Source of the DNA: Candidatus Bathyarchaeia archaeon | GTDB lineage: Archaea; Thermoproteota; Bathyarchaeia; Bathyarchaeales; Bathycorpusculaceae | Length of the DNA: 64,000 bases | NCBI GenBank assembly: GCA_050012255.1 | Contig: JBEKHN010000001.1 | Coordinates: 1 to 64,000 of the forward strand | Direction: 5' to 3' | Shown here: in pieces, positions 1 to 11,000 of the stretch | How the letters are laid out: each line of letters opens with the position of its first letter | Position numbering within the stretch: position 1 is the stretch's first letter | Notes under the pieces: model-generated | Database searches by the model: none | The model's input: only the letters and a program-made list of their open reading frames with translations | Told to the model about the DNA's origin: nothing | Translations under genes and position numbers: made by a program

Positions 1-1016
1 AGAACAAGTACGGCGTGCCGATACTTGGCTCGAGAAACCTCCTGAAGATAGAGAACAGGGGCGAGGTTGAGAAGGACTACTACTGGTTTGCGGAAAAAGC
101 CGGCATTCCAACTCCTAAGTCTTATCGTTATCAAGTGCAGAAAAACGGGATAAAGTTCAAGGAGCCTGTTGACGAGCCGATGATCCTTAAGGCTGAACAC
201 GCGCATCGAGCCTTCGAGAGAGAGTTCATCTTCGCCGCTGACTCGAACGATTTGGAAGAGAAGGTTGCGAGGGAAACTAAAGCCGGAAACCTCACTAGAG
301 AGGCTCTTGAGAACGGCCGCGTGGAGCAGATCGTTCTCGGACCGCACGCGAACTTTAACTTCTTCTACTCGCCGCTGGACGCGGAGAGCGAGTGGGGAGA
401 CGTTGACGACTGGTTCGCGAAGCTCTACAACGTTAGCATGGAAGAAGCCCGTATTTGCCTGGCAAACCAGTTCCTGTCGATAGACGAGCGGAGAGAAACA
501 ATTCTCGACGGATTGAAGAGACTGCCCACCGACGTTCAGGAGAAGATAAAGAGGGTCCCGTCTTTCGAGGTCACGGCTCACGCCATCCTGAGCCTCAGAG
601 AATCCTTGCTGAAGGACCTGCACCGCTACGCGGACCGTTTCTTGCTTGCTTGCAGAGAACACGCGAGCCCGGGAATAATTGGAGCATGGTGCCTTCAGAC
701 GCTGATCACGTGGGACAGAGTTTCAAAGTATGAGCTGAAGCCCACGGTTAAACTGGACTTCACAGGCGGCGCTGAGGCGAAGAAGACGACGGACTATGGT
801 CTCTACGACATACATGGAGAAAAGGACCCGTACATGCACATTCTAGTGACGCAGGACGTTGCCCTGAGACACGGAGGAGGAACGAACGTGCACATGGGGT
901 TGGGCTCGCAGTACGCCAATGCGAAGTACATGAAGCGGCTGAGCACCGGCGACCGCATAGCCCTGGAAATGAAAAGAGCCTTAAAGAAAGGCCAACTGCA
1001 CGAGCTTGTAACCTAA
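1..1016 (+). CDS. purP: PurP-like ATP-grasp protein (FAICAR synthetase family, DUF1297 C-terminal domain), 5'-truncated by window edge
   Basis: Motifs PILGSRNLLKIE, NFNFFYSPL, LSIDERRET, SLRESLL, PGIIGAWCLQT, DVALRHGGGTN and STGDRIALE; adjacent to purC/purE. Confidence 0.8.
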   Translation, partial: NKYGVPILGSRNLLKIENRGEVEKDYYWFAEKAGIPTPKSYRYQVQKNGIKFKEPVDEPMILKAEHAHRAFEREFIFAADSNDLEEKVARETKAGNLTREALENGRVEQIVLGPHANFNFFYSPLDAESEWGDVDDWFAKLYNVSMEEARICLANQFLSIDERRETILDGLKRLPTDVQEKIKRVPSFEVTAHAILSLRESLLKDLHRYADRFLLACREHASPGIIGAWCLQTLITWDRVSKYELKPTVKLDFTGGAEAKKTTDYGLYDIHGEKDPYMHILVTQDVALRHGGGTNVHMGLGSQYANAKYMKRLSTGDRIALEMKRALKKGQLHELVT

Positions 1017-2068
1017 GTGTGGCCCACGTAATCCCTGTATTTTTTCACCGTTTCTGTAAGGCTTGGAACGTCGAACATCCTCCGCTCTGTCACCTCGTTT
1101 GAAACCGCCATGTACATCTCCCCGATTATCCTCTTCAACATGGGGTCCAGCTTAGGCGGGTTGGACGTGCACAGCGCTTTCCAGTTTTCGACCCCTTCGG
1201 CCTCCGCCCTCTTCTTCGCCTCCTCAACGTCTCTGAACCAGCTTGTCTTTCGGTAGAACTGCCTTGCGATCTCCTTGCTCACATGAAGCCCTTCGTAAGT
1301 GAACCTGCACTCGTCAAGCGTGCCCACGACGTCGACAACGATGAGCATCCTTTGCGGGTTGAAGGCCAACTCTATCTTTCCATCCTCGTTCTTCAAGTCA
1401 GCCTTCAGCGCGACCTGAGTTATCAATCTGTTGACCCTTAAGAGCAGATCCTTGACTTCGCCAACTTCCTCATCCGTTAGGCCTGCGATTTCCTGTGCTT
1501 CCTTCCATGGCAGGTAGCGGTCCTTTTTTTCAAGCTTGGTGCTCACGTCGAAGATCGGCTTTGACAGTTTTTCACCGGGTTTTGGGTAGCGAGTCAGTCC
1601 AAGCTGTTCAATGGTGACTTGTCCCTGCTCCAGCCGTTTGAACACGGAGGAGCCTTCGGGCAGGCCGTTTCGGTAAATGATTTCAAGCGGGATCAGGTAG
1701 TTCTTGAGGCTTGCCGTGTACTGGCGGTAGTCGTAGCGTAGTTTTCCATCCTTGACCTGCGCGGTGGGCTTGTACACGTTGACCAAGTCTATCTCCATCG
1801 TGTTCACAGGCCGCTTAAGCTCCTTGCGCTTTGCGACTTTTCCGTTCTCAGCGATTAAGCCGCGGTAGTGGGTTCTGATGCCCTCTTCCTCCAGTCTTTC
1901 GAAGCAGTAGGCCCCCATGAGACAGAGGGCTGCTCCCTTCCCGTCGATACGGTCCGGCATCTCGCCCCAGTCGAACACTGAGTACCTGTCTGAGAAAATG
2001 AATCGCCCGATCCCCATGCTATCCTGGGTCGGTTCTCTGATTGTTTCCAGGTCCTTTACGCTGCCCAT
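1013..2068 (-). CDS. purC: SAICAR synthetase
   Basis: MGSVKD start, FSDRYSVFDWG, IPLEIIYRN, STKLE, EDGKIE and DVVGTLDECRF motifs. Confidence 0.95.
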   Translation of the reverse strand: MGSVKDLETIREPTQDSMGIGRFIFSDRYSVFDWGEMPDRIDGKGAALCLMGAYCFERLEEEGIRTHYRGLIAENGKVAKRKELKRPVNTMEIDLVNVYKPTAQVKDGKLRYDYRQYTASLKNYLIPLEIIYRNGLPEGSSVFKRLEQGQVTIEQLGLTRYPKPGEKLSKPIFDVSTKLEKKDRYLPWKEAQEIAGLTDEEVGEVKDLLLRVNRLITQVALKADLKNEDGKIELAFNPQRMLIVVDVVGTLDECRFTYEGLHVSKEIARQFYRKTSWFRDVEEAKKRAEAEGVENWKALCTSNPPKLDPMLKRIIGEMYMAVSNEVTERRMFDVPSLTETVKKYRDYVGHT

Positions 2069-2077
2069 CTTTCTGCA

Positions 2078-2557
2078 CTACTTCGGCTTCCTAACCTTTT
2101 CGTCAGCCTCTTCGACCTCGCGCTTCTTTGCCAGCTGATAGGCTTCCACACGTTTTTCCACCTGCTGATCTTCAACTGCGAAGATCTTAGCGGCGGCGAT
2201 GGCAGCTCCTTCAGGCTCAAGCGTCACCAGAGAGGCCACTCCGCTGGGAACCCTTAATGATGAGTAGACGTCCACGCCGCTGAACTTTTCCGAGTACGGC
2301 GGACAGGCGATCACGGGCTTTGTAGTGTTCGCGTCAACGAAGGCGCTGAGAGCGTTAGACCTTCCCGCCACGGTGATGTAGACGACTCTTTCTTCCTCGT
2401 ACTCTTTCAGCGTCTTCAAGACTCTTTCCGGCGTCTTGTGAGCTGAGCCAACTCGAAACAGAAAGCTCAGTTCCAGAGCCTTGAGAAACTTGCCGATTTC
2501 CCGGCAGAACTCCATGTCGCGTTCAGAACCCATGATTATGATGACTTTGCCCTTCAT
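2078..2557 (-). CDS. purE: AIR carboxylase / N5-CAIR mutase
   Basis: IIMGSERD, SAHKTP, VAGRSNALS and PVIACPP motifs; ATG at 2557 chosen as start. Confidence 0.95.
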   Translation of the reverse strand: MKGKVIIIMGSERDMEFCREIGKFLKALELSFLFRVGSAHKTPERVLKTLKEYEEERVVYITVAGRSNALSAFVDANTTKPVIACPPYSEKFSGVDVYSSLRVPSGVASLVTLEPEGAAIAAAKIFAVEDQQVEKRVEAYQLAKKREVEEADEKVRKPK

Positions 2558-2619
2558 CCTTCCACTCGGCAACTGCTCTGCTAGAAGGTTTTACCGACTA
2601 ATTAGTTTTTAATCTTAAC

Positions 2620-3156
2620 TCAGACTCTTTTTGACTGTTGCTTGTAGCGCGCGTACGCAAGGGTGATCGTGACCAGCAGCGCTGTTGTAAGAGCCAAGGG
2701 CAGAATGGTTGATGGTGGAAACTCCGGAACCGAGTTTAAGTCTTGTTCAACGATTAGGGTGTAGTTCAGTATGCCAAGTATTCCTGCGCGCACGCTCATG
2801 TAGAAACTACCGGTTAGATTGTGAATGGGCGCGGTTCCGTTGGTAGGTGAGCCACCGATACTGTAGATAGTACCTACATAGCTGTTGGTTTCTCCTTGTG
2901 GATAAACGAAGACGAAGAAGCCTGCGTATGCGCTATGGTTTGGGTCGGGGCTGAGCATCCATCGGATTTGCCATTCAGGATGGTCTATCGTGAAGTAGGT
3001 CGTGTTATGAGTCTCACTGCTTCCTACGCCTGTAAACGTCGCCACTTCACTCCAGTTGGCCGTCTCGGCCAGGGCAAGGCTGTGAGCCGTCATCGTGGTT
3101 GCCACGAAAGAGATCAGCATCACGCAGAGGAAAAGCTGCGATGTTTTCATCTTCAC
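2620..3156 (-). CDS. Secreted protein with PEF-CTERM-like sorting signal
   Basis: Signal peptide; C-terminal VPEFP followed by a TM helix and basic tail; several N-x-S/T sequons. Confidence 0.75.
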   Translation of the reverse strand: MKMKTSQLFLCVMLISFVATTMTAHSLALAETANWSEVATFTGVGSSETHNTTYFTIDHPEWQIRWMLSPDPNHSAYAGFFVFVYPQGETNSYVGTIYSIGGSPTNGTAPIHNLTGSFYMSVRAGILGILNYTLIVEQDLNSVPEFPPSTILPLALTTALLVTITLAYARYKQQSKRV

Positions 3157-3219
3157 ACGGCGTGCATGGGCGATAACTTTACGAGTTCTCCCCGGTATAT
3201 AGGGTTTATCCGAGCATGC

Positions 3220-3441
3220 TTACGGCTTCTGCGCTCTGCTCCGCTTTACGACCACGAGCGTCAACGCGACGGTCAGCATGCCCACGATGAAACCAACCGC
3301 GAAGATCAACAGCCCCAACGTCGCAAAGTCAGGCGTCACGTTCAAGACGGCGAGAGCCAGCATTCCCGTGAGAAAACCCGCGATGAACAGGCCGAACCCC
3401 AGCACGAAGAAACCGCCCAGGAAACCCTTCTCCAAATCCAT
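3220..3441 (-). CDS. Small two-TM membrane protein
   Basis: MDLEKGFLGG..., two hydrophobic helices and a basic C-terminus. Confidence 0.6.
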   Translation of the reverse strand: MDLEKGFLGGFFVLGFGLFIAGFLTGMLALAVLNVTPDFATLGLLIFAVGFIVGMLTVALTLVVVKRSRAQKP

Positions 3442-3863
3442 TCTGTGCAGCCTCAATTCATTGCATGCTATTCCCGCAAGCTTCACAGAAAAGCTTTTCG
3501 AAGGTTGGATACCGTTGCTTTTTTGGTGGCGATTAGCGCCGGCTCTGCAAGATAGCCGTATCTCAAAACGTCGGTCAATAGTAAGGCGGAATACTAGCAA
3601 AACCCATCAATGCAAATGCAAGAACCAACGCGATTGCCCCGAGTGAACCACAGAACTTGAATAGCTTGGTGTCTGAAGCGAGCTTCTGCGCACCATAACA
3701 CATTAGAACGAGGAGAAAACCTGTTATCATTGCAACAAGTCCAGCTCCGTATCAAGTCTGGTCTATCGGTCCGATTGATAACGCAATGACATTCATCATA
3801 GTCGCTCGCGCGTCCGCTCACTTGAAACTTTACAGCAGATTTACTGATAGAATAAAGTGAAGT

Positions 3864-5471
3864 TTAGATGTTTCCACTTGAGACTGACACAACATTTTTA
3901 ATTGAATTCCAATCGTTGTTGAAGTATATGTCCCAAACACCTTGCGTAAAGTTATACGAAACAATCTGAGTTCCAAATTGGAACCCTATTTGCCCAGAAG
4001 TTGTAGGTATCCTAATCATCCTGTTAACATAGTCAAAACGATACTCGCTTGCTGGAAAATTCAAATCACAACTTGTATAGCTCTCTTCTGTCAAACTATC
4101 GCGTAGACTCCCAGTCTCTGGGATTATTCCATTTAGAAACATTATCATTGCGCCTGCTAACTGATCTTTTTTATAACAAGATTGATTTAGAACTTGTTCC
4201 CAAGCTTTGGGTTCTTTAGTAAGCATGTCAGTGACGGCATTTTGCATGCTGATAGAAAAAGAGGTATAAAAAGATTCAAGCGCTTCCCAAATAGCCAATG
4301 TCTCTTCGGGTCTAGCCTCTTCTGAAACTATACTTCCGTCAGGATTGTTAGCGTGATTCACAACATATAGCCAAGGTTGCCAAGAAGAACTATTCCACTC
4401 GTTTACTAAAAGCTTCTGATTGAGATCGCTTACGATATTTGGATGAACATAACCCAAATATTCGGTTATTTCTATTGCAAATCTTCCCATCTCACACTCA
4501 AAAACTTGCCAATTAGGTCTGTACCAATACCACTGACCAGACCACCATCCGTCATTATTCAGATGATTCCAAATTTTGTCCTCATAATTTCTAGCCGTTA
4601 ACAAACCATCTTCTTCAAAAATATGAAAACATCCTAGTGTTTGAGCTTCTTCATCATAATATCTAGAATTATGTTGAAAACTTGTCAGGTTCTGAGGATC
4701 AGGAAACGGAATTACTGTCCCAACACCAGCATATGAAAAACCTCCATCATATTCATCTACTAAACCTGCCAATTGCTGATATGCAAACGGTTCATTCCAT
4801 TTTGACATCAAACTACTTTGACCAAAATTATCAGCTAAAATTGCTGAATCCAATTTATTTACCGTTCCATCACCATTCAAATCACAATTTGAATTCCAAT
4901 TTGAACTATTCACAAGAGAACCAAAAGCTTTGCTTAACACTACAGCATCAAAAATATCTACTGTTCCGTCTGTGTTGATATCTCCAGAAACTTGTTTAGC
5001 CCATCTATAGGCATGTAACAAGAAACGACTGTCAACAGAAAAATAGTCTGCATAATATTGTCCATTCCACATTTCATCTGTTTTCGGAAGGCATCCTACC
5101 ATTGGTATATTCTCAAGTGCTTTGACAACAGCTAAAACCAAATTCTTGCTATTGTACCCAGACAATTCTGCTAACCTTTTGATTAATAAAACATCTATCC
5201 AATCATTGATTCCTAGATAATATTTTAGTGCATCTTCGTATGCTGAAGTAGGAAGCCTGCTAAAAATAATACCAAACTGAATTGTAGAAGCACTTGGTTT
5301 AGACCAATCTATTGAATTTAAATAACTATTCAACGAATCAGCTAAAGTGGCAATTGTGGTGCCCTGAACAGAATTAACTTTCACTGTGCCTAGAAAACTA
5401 GATGAGACCAAAACTAACGACACGAGAACGCTAAAAACCTTCACAAAGATCTTCATACTATTACCTCCCAT
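3864..5471 (-). CDS. Secreted dockerin type I domain protein on an AT-rich insert
   Basis: Signal peptide; duplicated Ca-binding motifs GDINTDGTVDIFDAVVL and CDLNGDGTVNKLDSAIL; visibly AT-rich compared with flanks. Confidence 0.8.
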   Translation of the reverse strand: MGGNSMKIFVKVFSVLVSLVLVSSSFLGTVKVNSVQGTTIATLADSLNSYLNSIDWSKPSASTIQFGIIFSRLPTSAYEDALKYYLGINDWIDVLLIKRLAELSGYNSKNLVLAVVKALENIPMVGCLPKTDEMWNGQYYADYFSVDSRFLLHAYRWAKQVSGDINTDGTVDIFDAVVLSKAFGSLVNSSNWNSNCDLNGDGTVNKLDSAILADNFGQSSLMSKWNEPFAYQQLAGLVDEYDGGFSYAGVGTVIPFPDPQNLTSFQHNSRYYDEEAQTLGCFHIFEEDGLLTARNYEDKIWNHLNNDGWWSGQWYWYRPNWQVFECEMGRFAIEITEYLGYVHPNIVSDLNQKLLVNEWNSSSWQPWLYVVNHANNPDGSIVSEEARPEETLAIWEALESFYTSFSISMQNAVTDMLTKEPKAWEQVLNQSCYKKDQLAGAMIMFLNGIIPETGSLRDSLTEESYTSCDLNFPASEYRFDYVNRMIRIPTTSGQIGFQFGTQIVSYNFTQGVWDIYFNNDWNSIKNVVSVSSGNI

Positions 5472-5674
5472 ACTCTTTCCACCGTTATCAACATATTGAT
5501 AGCACGCGCAAGTGTACTACGTATTGTTCTGCAATAAACAGCTTTGACGCGTTTAGGTTGGACCTTAAAATAATAGCATGTGCCATTGCAACGAACTCGC
5601 TGACTCCAGCTCATCATCGCAAATAACGCAACAGTATCCTGAGGTCACAACTGGGTCCCTATTCTGAGTCCCTT

Positions 5675-6064
5675 TCATACGCGCTGACCTTGGTGTGAGC
5701 TGGAAGACCCGTATGCTTCGATGAACTCCTCAGCGAATTCACCTGCGTACTTTTCTGTTCCCCTGTGCTTCTTGTCTATCGAGGTGCGCAAATGATGATA
5801 GAATTCGTGCAGGACCACAGTTGGTTCCTTAAGCGTGTCACTGTTCAGAACGCTTATAGTTTGGTTCTTTGCCGTGTAGCAGCCGAGAGTGTTTTTTCTG
5901 TGACGACTAGGTAAGCCCACTCTTATCCGAGGTGAACAAACGTTGTACCGTTCCGCAAGCAGTCCCAAGGCTTCCTCGACCTTCCCGTTCAAGATCAGCC
6001 GCACCACTGATGCTCTGAACTCGGGCTCAGAAGACTTGTCCGGAACATTTCTTTCCTTACGCAT
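5675..6064 (-). CDS. Small zincin-like metalloprotein (HExxH)
   Basis: LGCY...VVLHEFYHHLR...E motif. Confidence 0.65.
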   Translation of the reverse strand: MRKERNVPDKSSEPEFRASVVRLILNGKVEEALGLLAERYNVCSPRIRVGLPSRHRKNTLGCYTAKNQTISVLNSDTLKEPTVVLHEFYHHLRTSIDKKHRGTEKYAGEFAEEFIEAYGSSSSHQGQRV

Positions 6065-6186
6065 GGAGGCTCATTCAAACCCCCGGACTATATATCTGAT
6101 CTGGCTTGAAAACCGGCTTGAGCTTGTGCTCGTGCGGCTCTTCAGGTTACAACACTCTTAAATCAGCCTTCTGTGAAGGCTCCTCT

Positions 6187-6585
6187 ATGCATGAATGGGC
6201 GTTAGCCGAAGCTGTGATCAAGGCGGCCTCTGAGATAGCAGAGAGGGAAGGATTGAAGCAGGTCACCCGGGTGACGATAAGGGTTGGCGAGCTGCAGCAG
6301 GTTGAAAGAGCCGTACTAGAATTTGCCCTGTCACAGCTCAAGACCGCGAGATTCAAGAATGCGAAATTCGACGTGGAGACCGAGAAAGCACGGTTGAGGT
6401 GTCGAGTCTGCGGTCACACTTGGGTTTTTTGTGAGAAAAACTTGGATCAGGCCACGTTGGAGGCAATCCACTTTGTTCCAGAGATCGCGCACGCGTACGT
6501 CAAATGTCCAAACTGTGCCAGCCCAGACTTTGAGATAGAGCAGGGACGCGGAGTGTGGCTTCAAACCGTCAGAGGAGTGAAGTAG
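6187..6585 (+). CDS. hypA: Hydrogenase nickel metallochaperone HypA
   Basis: MHE N-terminus, VGELQQV, two CxxC pairs, GRGVWL. Confidence 0.95.
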   Translation: MHEWALAEAVIKAASEIAEREGLKQVTRVTIRVGELQQVERAVLEFALSQLKTARFKNAKFDVETEKARLRCRVCGHTWVFCEKNLDQATLEAIHFVPEIAHAYVKCPNCASPDFEIEQGRGVWLQTVRGVK

Positions 6586-6586
6586 A

Positions 6587-7366
6587 ATGGCTGACCCGCG
6601 AATCAGCATCATAGACGAGAGGATGAAGGAAATAGACGCGATCATCGCGGTGTCCAGTGGAAAGGGCGGCGTCGGCAAGAGCCTGATCGCCTCAACGCTT
6701 GCTCTGAGCCTCGCACAGAAGGGTTACAGCGTTGGCCTTTTCGATTTGGATTTCACAAGTCCATCTACCCATGCGATTCTGGGCATAGGAGACGAGCGGC
6801 CAACAGAGAAGAAGGGCATCGTTCCGCCTAGGGTTCACGGCTTGAAGTACATGTCGATAACGTACTATTCACATGACCTGGCCACTCCGCTGCGGGGTGC
6901 AGACGTTTCAAACGCACTCGTAGAACTGTTTTCAACGACCAGATGGGGGAAGCTGAGCTACCTCGTTTTGGACATGCCGCCCGGAATCGGCGACGCAACA
7001 CTCGACGCGGTCAGGTTCATAAAGAACATAGAATTCTTGATAGTTACGACTCCTTCAAGGTTGGCTTTTGAAACGGTCAAGAAGCTTGTCACCCTGCTGC
7101 GGGCGCTCAGAGTTTCAGTCTTAGGCGTCGTCGAAAACATGAGGATGAACGGCTCAAAGACGATACAGCAGGAAACTCAGAAGCTGGGCTTGAAGTTTCT
7201 TGAAGAAATTCCCTATGATTCAATGGTGGAAGCTGCGATAGGCGACCCAGACATGCTTCTGCAAACCGCACTTGCCGATAAGGTGAAGCATTTATGCTCA
7301 ACTATCCTAGAAACCCGGGCAAGCATTAGACCTGAAGGTCAGCGGGGCAGGAAAAGAAAAGCATGA
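6587..7366 (+). CDS. Mrp/NBP35 (MinD-type) ATPase, probably ATPase-type HypB
   Basis: SGKGGVGKS, DLDF, LDMPPG and VVENM motifs; coupled to hypA; no CxxC after VENM. Confidence 0.85.
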   Translation: MADPRISIIDERMKEIDAIIAVSSGKGGVGKSLIASTLALSLAQKGYSVGLFDLDFTSPSTHAILGIGDERPTEKKGIVPPRVHGLKYMSITYYSHDLATPLRGADVSNALVELFSTTRWGKLSYLVLDMPPGIGDATLDAVRFIKNIEFLIVTTPSRLAFETVKKLVTLLRALRVSVLGVVENMRMNGSKTIQQETQKLGLKFLEEIPYDSMVEAAIGDPDMLLQTALADKVKHLCSTILETRASIRPEGQRGRKRKA

Positions 7367-7848
7367 AAATTGAAAACAGCAAAATAACATGTCGACGGGC
7401 CACAGTCAACGACGTTCAAACCTTGATCGACTATCGCGTACGGTTCCTCAATGAGCTTTACGGTCATCCAGGAAATGAAGAGACAAAAATTCTGAGAAAA
7501 TCTTTGCGCCAATATTTTTCTGAAGCAATCCCTTCCGGCAGTTTCATCGCTTGGCTGGCAGAATACGAAGGCAGAACAGTTGGAACAGGCGGAATGGTTG
7601 TGTGGCAGATGCCGGGAAGGTACGAAGGGCTTGAGACAGGAAGGCTCGGATACATTCTCAACATGTACACGATTCCTGAAGCGCGAAGAAGCGGGGTTTG
7701 CACACGATTGCTGAAAGAATTGACAAGGGAAGCCAGAACACTGGGGCTGAGGTACTTGCATCTTCACGCGTCTGAAGACGGCGTGAATATTTACAGAAAA
7801 GCAGGATTCGTCGAGCCCAAACGCATAGAGTTAGCGCTGAAACTTTGA
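7363..7848 (+). CDS. GNAT family N-acetyltransferase
   Basis: NMYTIPEARRSGV acetyl-CoA motif and YRKAGF. Confidence 0.9.
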   Translation: MKIENSKITCRRATVNDVQTLIDYRVRFLNELYGHPGNEETKILRKSLRQYFSEAIPSGSFIAWLAEYEGRTVGTGGMVVWQMPGRYEGLETGRLGYILNMYTIPEARRSGVCTRLLKELTREARTLGLRYLHLHASEDGVNIYRKAGFVEPKRIELALKL

Positions 7849-8046
7849 GAAACGCAGACCATGCATGGAACGGGAAAACACGCAAATCTCCTCGGACAAC
7901 AGCCTCAAAACACATGCTAGTGACCGGTTGCAGGCTGAGACGAGAACAGATTTACAGTCAGCCACGCGGCGCGCTGAAGAATTGAGCTGTGACCAAGCAC
8001 GGTAGTTCAAAGGGTGGATTCGCGACAAAAAGAGGGAAGAGAAGAG

Positions 8047-11000
8047 TCAGCTTCTCGGCTTTGATGAAAGCATATTCAGTGCCTGACGGCATCTAGCCTT
8101 CAAGGGTTCGAGTTTTCTTCTTTGTTTGACGATTATTATTGCTGCGATGAGGGTTGAAATTGCTAGGACGAGTGGCAGAATGTCTGGTTGAAACTCTGCG
8201 ATGGGTGCTACCCAGGTGCCGATAATGGATATTTCATGTTCTGAGTGGGTGTAGTTCAGGTACACGAACACGTAATTATCGTTTTGTGTTATGTTGAACT
8301 CTGCCGAAGTTAAGGTTTTTCCATCGAACATGACGACCCAATCACTAAGTACCGTTGCGTTGAGCAGGTTTCTTGGAATGGTCACGTTGCAGAACCCTGT
8401 GCCTGCTGGTCCGGTGACGTTGAACGTTATCTGTTTGGCGTCGGGGTCAAAGCCAAAGCTGGTTACTGTGGAGTTTGTGAATATCGGAATGGGGTACGTT
8501 CCTCCGGCGTAACTGACTTGTTTTTGGTAGGCTAAGAGAAACATGAGGTCTTGCAGACTGCTGAGAGAGGCGTTGTTCCAGGCCATGCTTCTGTAGTCTC
8601 CGGATAGGCTGTCCGGGTTCGGCACGTTGGATGGCTGGTAGAGCAGAACCGTCCGGTTGGCGTCTGACTCTCCCGTGACTGTGACTGAAAGTTTATCAAA
8701 TTCAAGCGGCGGCGCCTGCACGTTGTTCGTCAGGTTCAGCCACTTTTTGAGTTCGAACCTTATGGAATCTATGTTGTCGGCCTGAGGTTTAAGAATCAGT
8801 CCGCTGAAGCTTGCTTGAATCCAGTCTTGTCCAAGTTTGAATTCTACTTGGAAGTTGTTGATGTTTATGTCAGTATCGTTGAGCAGGTCGAGCTCCCAGG
8901 ACAATGGCATTGAATAGAACGAACTCATTGCTTCCAGCAAGAAACGTTTGTCGCGGTTCAATTCAGCTTCGAAATCGCCTTGAAGAGTCTCGGTTGAACC
9001 AAAGGTCGCCACTCCATTAACCATGTCAAGCGTTTCAGTTGAAGAAGTCAAGGTGCAGTATTTAGTGTTAAGGAAGGATTCGAAGAGGTCATGCATGTTC
9101 GGCGGCACCGCGTCTGGCAAGAATGGAAGGATGTCGTTTTTAAGCTGGCTTGCATTGGTTGAGAGCCACGCGTTGAGAGAAATTTTCCCTTCGGTGCTCG
9201 AATAGGAAGCGTTCAAACCCGCGTCCGTAAGCTCGGAGGCCGTGGTGTTTGCGATCTTAAGCCAGGTTTCGATCTGCGTTTTATATGAAGCCCAAGGACT
9301 AGGTATCGCAGGGGGCACTAAAAGAAGAAGACTGTTGCACAGACCTTGCACATCGCTCGTCATATGCATGTCCATCAGCGCTATTCCTGAGCTATGATAG
9401 TAGTTGAGTGTCAGAGACGCGCTTCTAACCGAAGAGGCAGCTGATTCCAAGGAGGCGTCCGCGAAGTCCTGCAGATAATCCATTGAAGACCCTGGTGGAA
9501 ACAGCATATGAGCGATGGCTGCCGTGAAGTTTCCGCTGAAAGCTGCCTTGAAAGTAACGTTTTCGCCGAGCGTTGGGTTTGACCACGCAGTTTTTGTAAT
9601 GTCGAACTGCGTTGAGGTTAGGAAGCCCCCGCTGTTGTCGAAGAGCCCTTGTCCAGTGAGGTTGCCCTCCAAATTGGTGATGATTTGGTCCACTGTGGTC
9701 TCGTTTATTTCATAACCGTTAAAGTTCACGTAAGCGACGTTGACGTTACCTGTGAAGGAGAGGCTGCTTCTGTTGCCGCTGAAGTCCAACGTGACGTCGG
9801 CAAGTGGAAATCCTGCAATCGCGTGGAAAGTGACGTTTCCTGTCACTGCTGTTCCATCGAAATCTGCGCGAACCGTGACATCTGACGAGTTAAGTGGAAA
9901 AACAGTGCTGTAAATCGTGCCGTAACTGGTGGGTATCACCGTTGTCGCTGTGATGGCCACGTCAAACAGGCCGTGAGTGTATGCAGCGACAAGATTAACG
10001 TCTGTCGTGTTGAACGGGTAGATCCCCGCCACTTCTGGAGGCAAGATCGTTGAGCCGTTGACGGTGTCGCTCTCGACCCCATTCTCGTATGATGAGCGGA
10101 GGTGTCCTTCAGTTGCACTGTAATTGAAAGATGGGTTGTCTGGAAAAACCATAGTGCCGCTGGATGTCTCTGTTGTCAGGTTCCCGCTCGTTGAAAAGCC
10201 CATTGTGGCGTTTATTTGTGGCGTGGATGTGTTCTCTGGGTACATGTGCGTGTAGTTGAATGCTCCGTCCACTGCGACCGTGGCGTCTGGATAGACTTTG
10301 AAGTTGACCTGAATGTCCTTTGAGGGTGCGTTGAAAAGCGTGTAGCTGTACCGCATTGAAAGAGGTGCATCGTCAAGGTGGCTTGTCACAAAGTTGTTTA
10401 AGCTATCGTATATGCTTATGAAGTACACGTCCGTCGGGTTGAGGTGGTTAGAGGCAATTTCTGGACCTGAAAAATTCAGATAGACCGTGTGAACGCCGAC
10501 AGCAAAGCTTTCCGTCATATACTGGTAATGGTAAAAGTAATTCGTCAACCCTTGGGCACTGACTTGGTATTCTCCGGCTTCTGTCACGTTGATGTCTATT
10601 CCGATTTCAAGATAATTGAAGAGGTGGTCGCCATCAGTGTCAACGCCTCTGTCCGAAACGTGTCCCGTCAAGAGGGCACCAGGAGAATCGAATTCAGAAA
10701 AGTTGTAGACTCTCGTCAAGGCTACATAGTTCATGTAGGCTACATAGACTTGTCCAGCATAAAGCTCGATATAATTTACCCATTTAGGGTTTAAGCCAGA
10801 GCTGAAAATGGCAGGACCGAACAAAGACACGTTTAGATATTGAATGCCAGTCTCGAGGTCACCTTGGCTACTATTATAGACGGACACGTAGTTACTAAAC
10901 TGGTCCCAAAGCCCGCCGATTGTCACCTGAAAGTTTCCTGCAACAGTCACGTTGATTTCCACATCGACCTCTAAGTGATCATACAGGCCGTTGCCATTAG

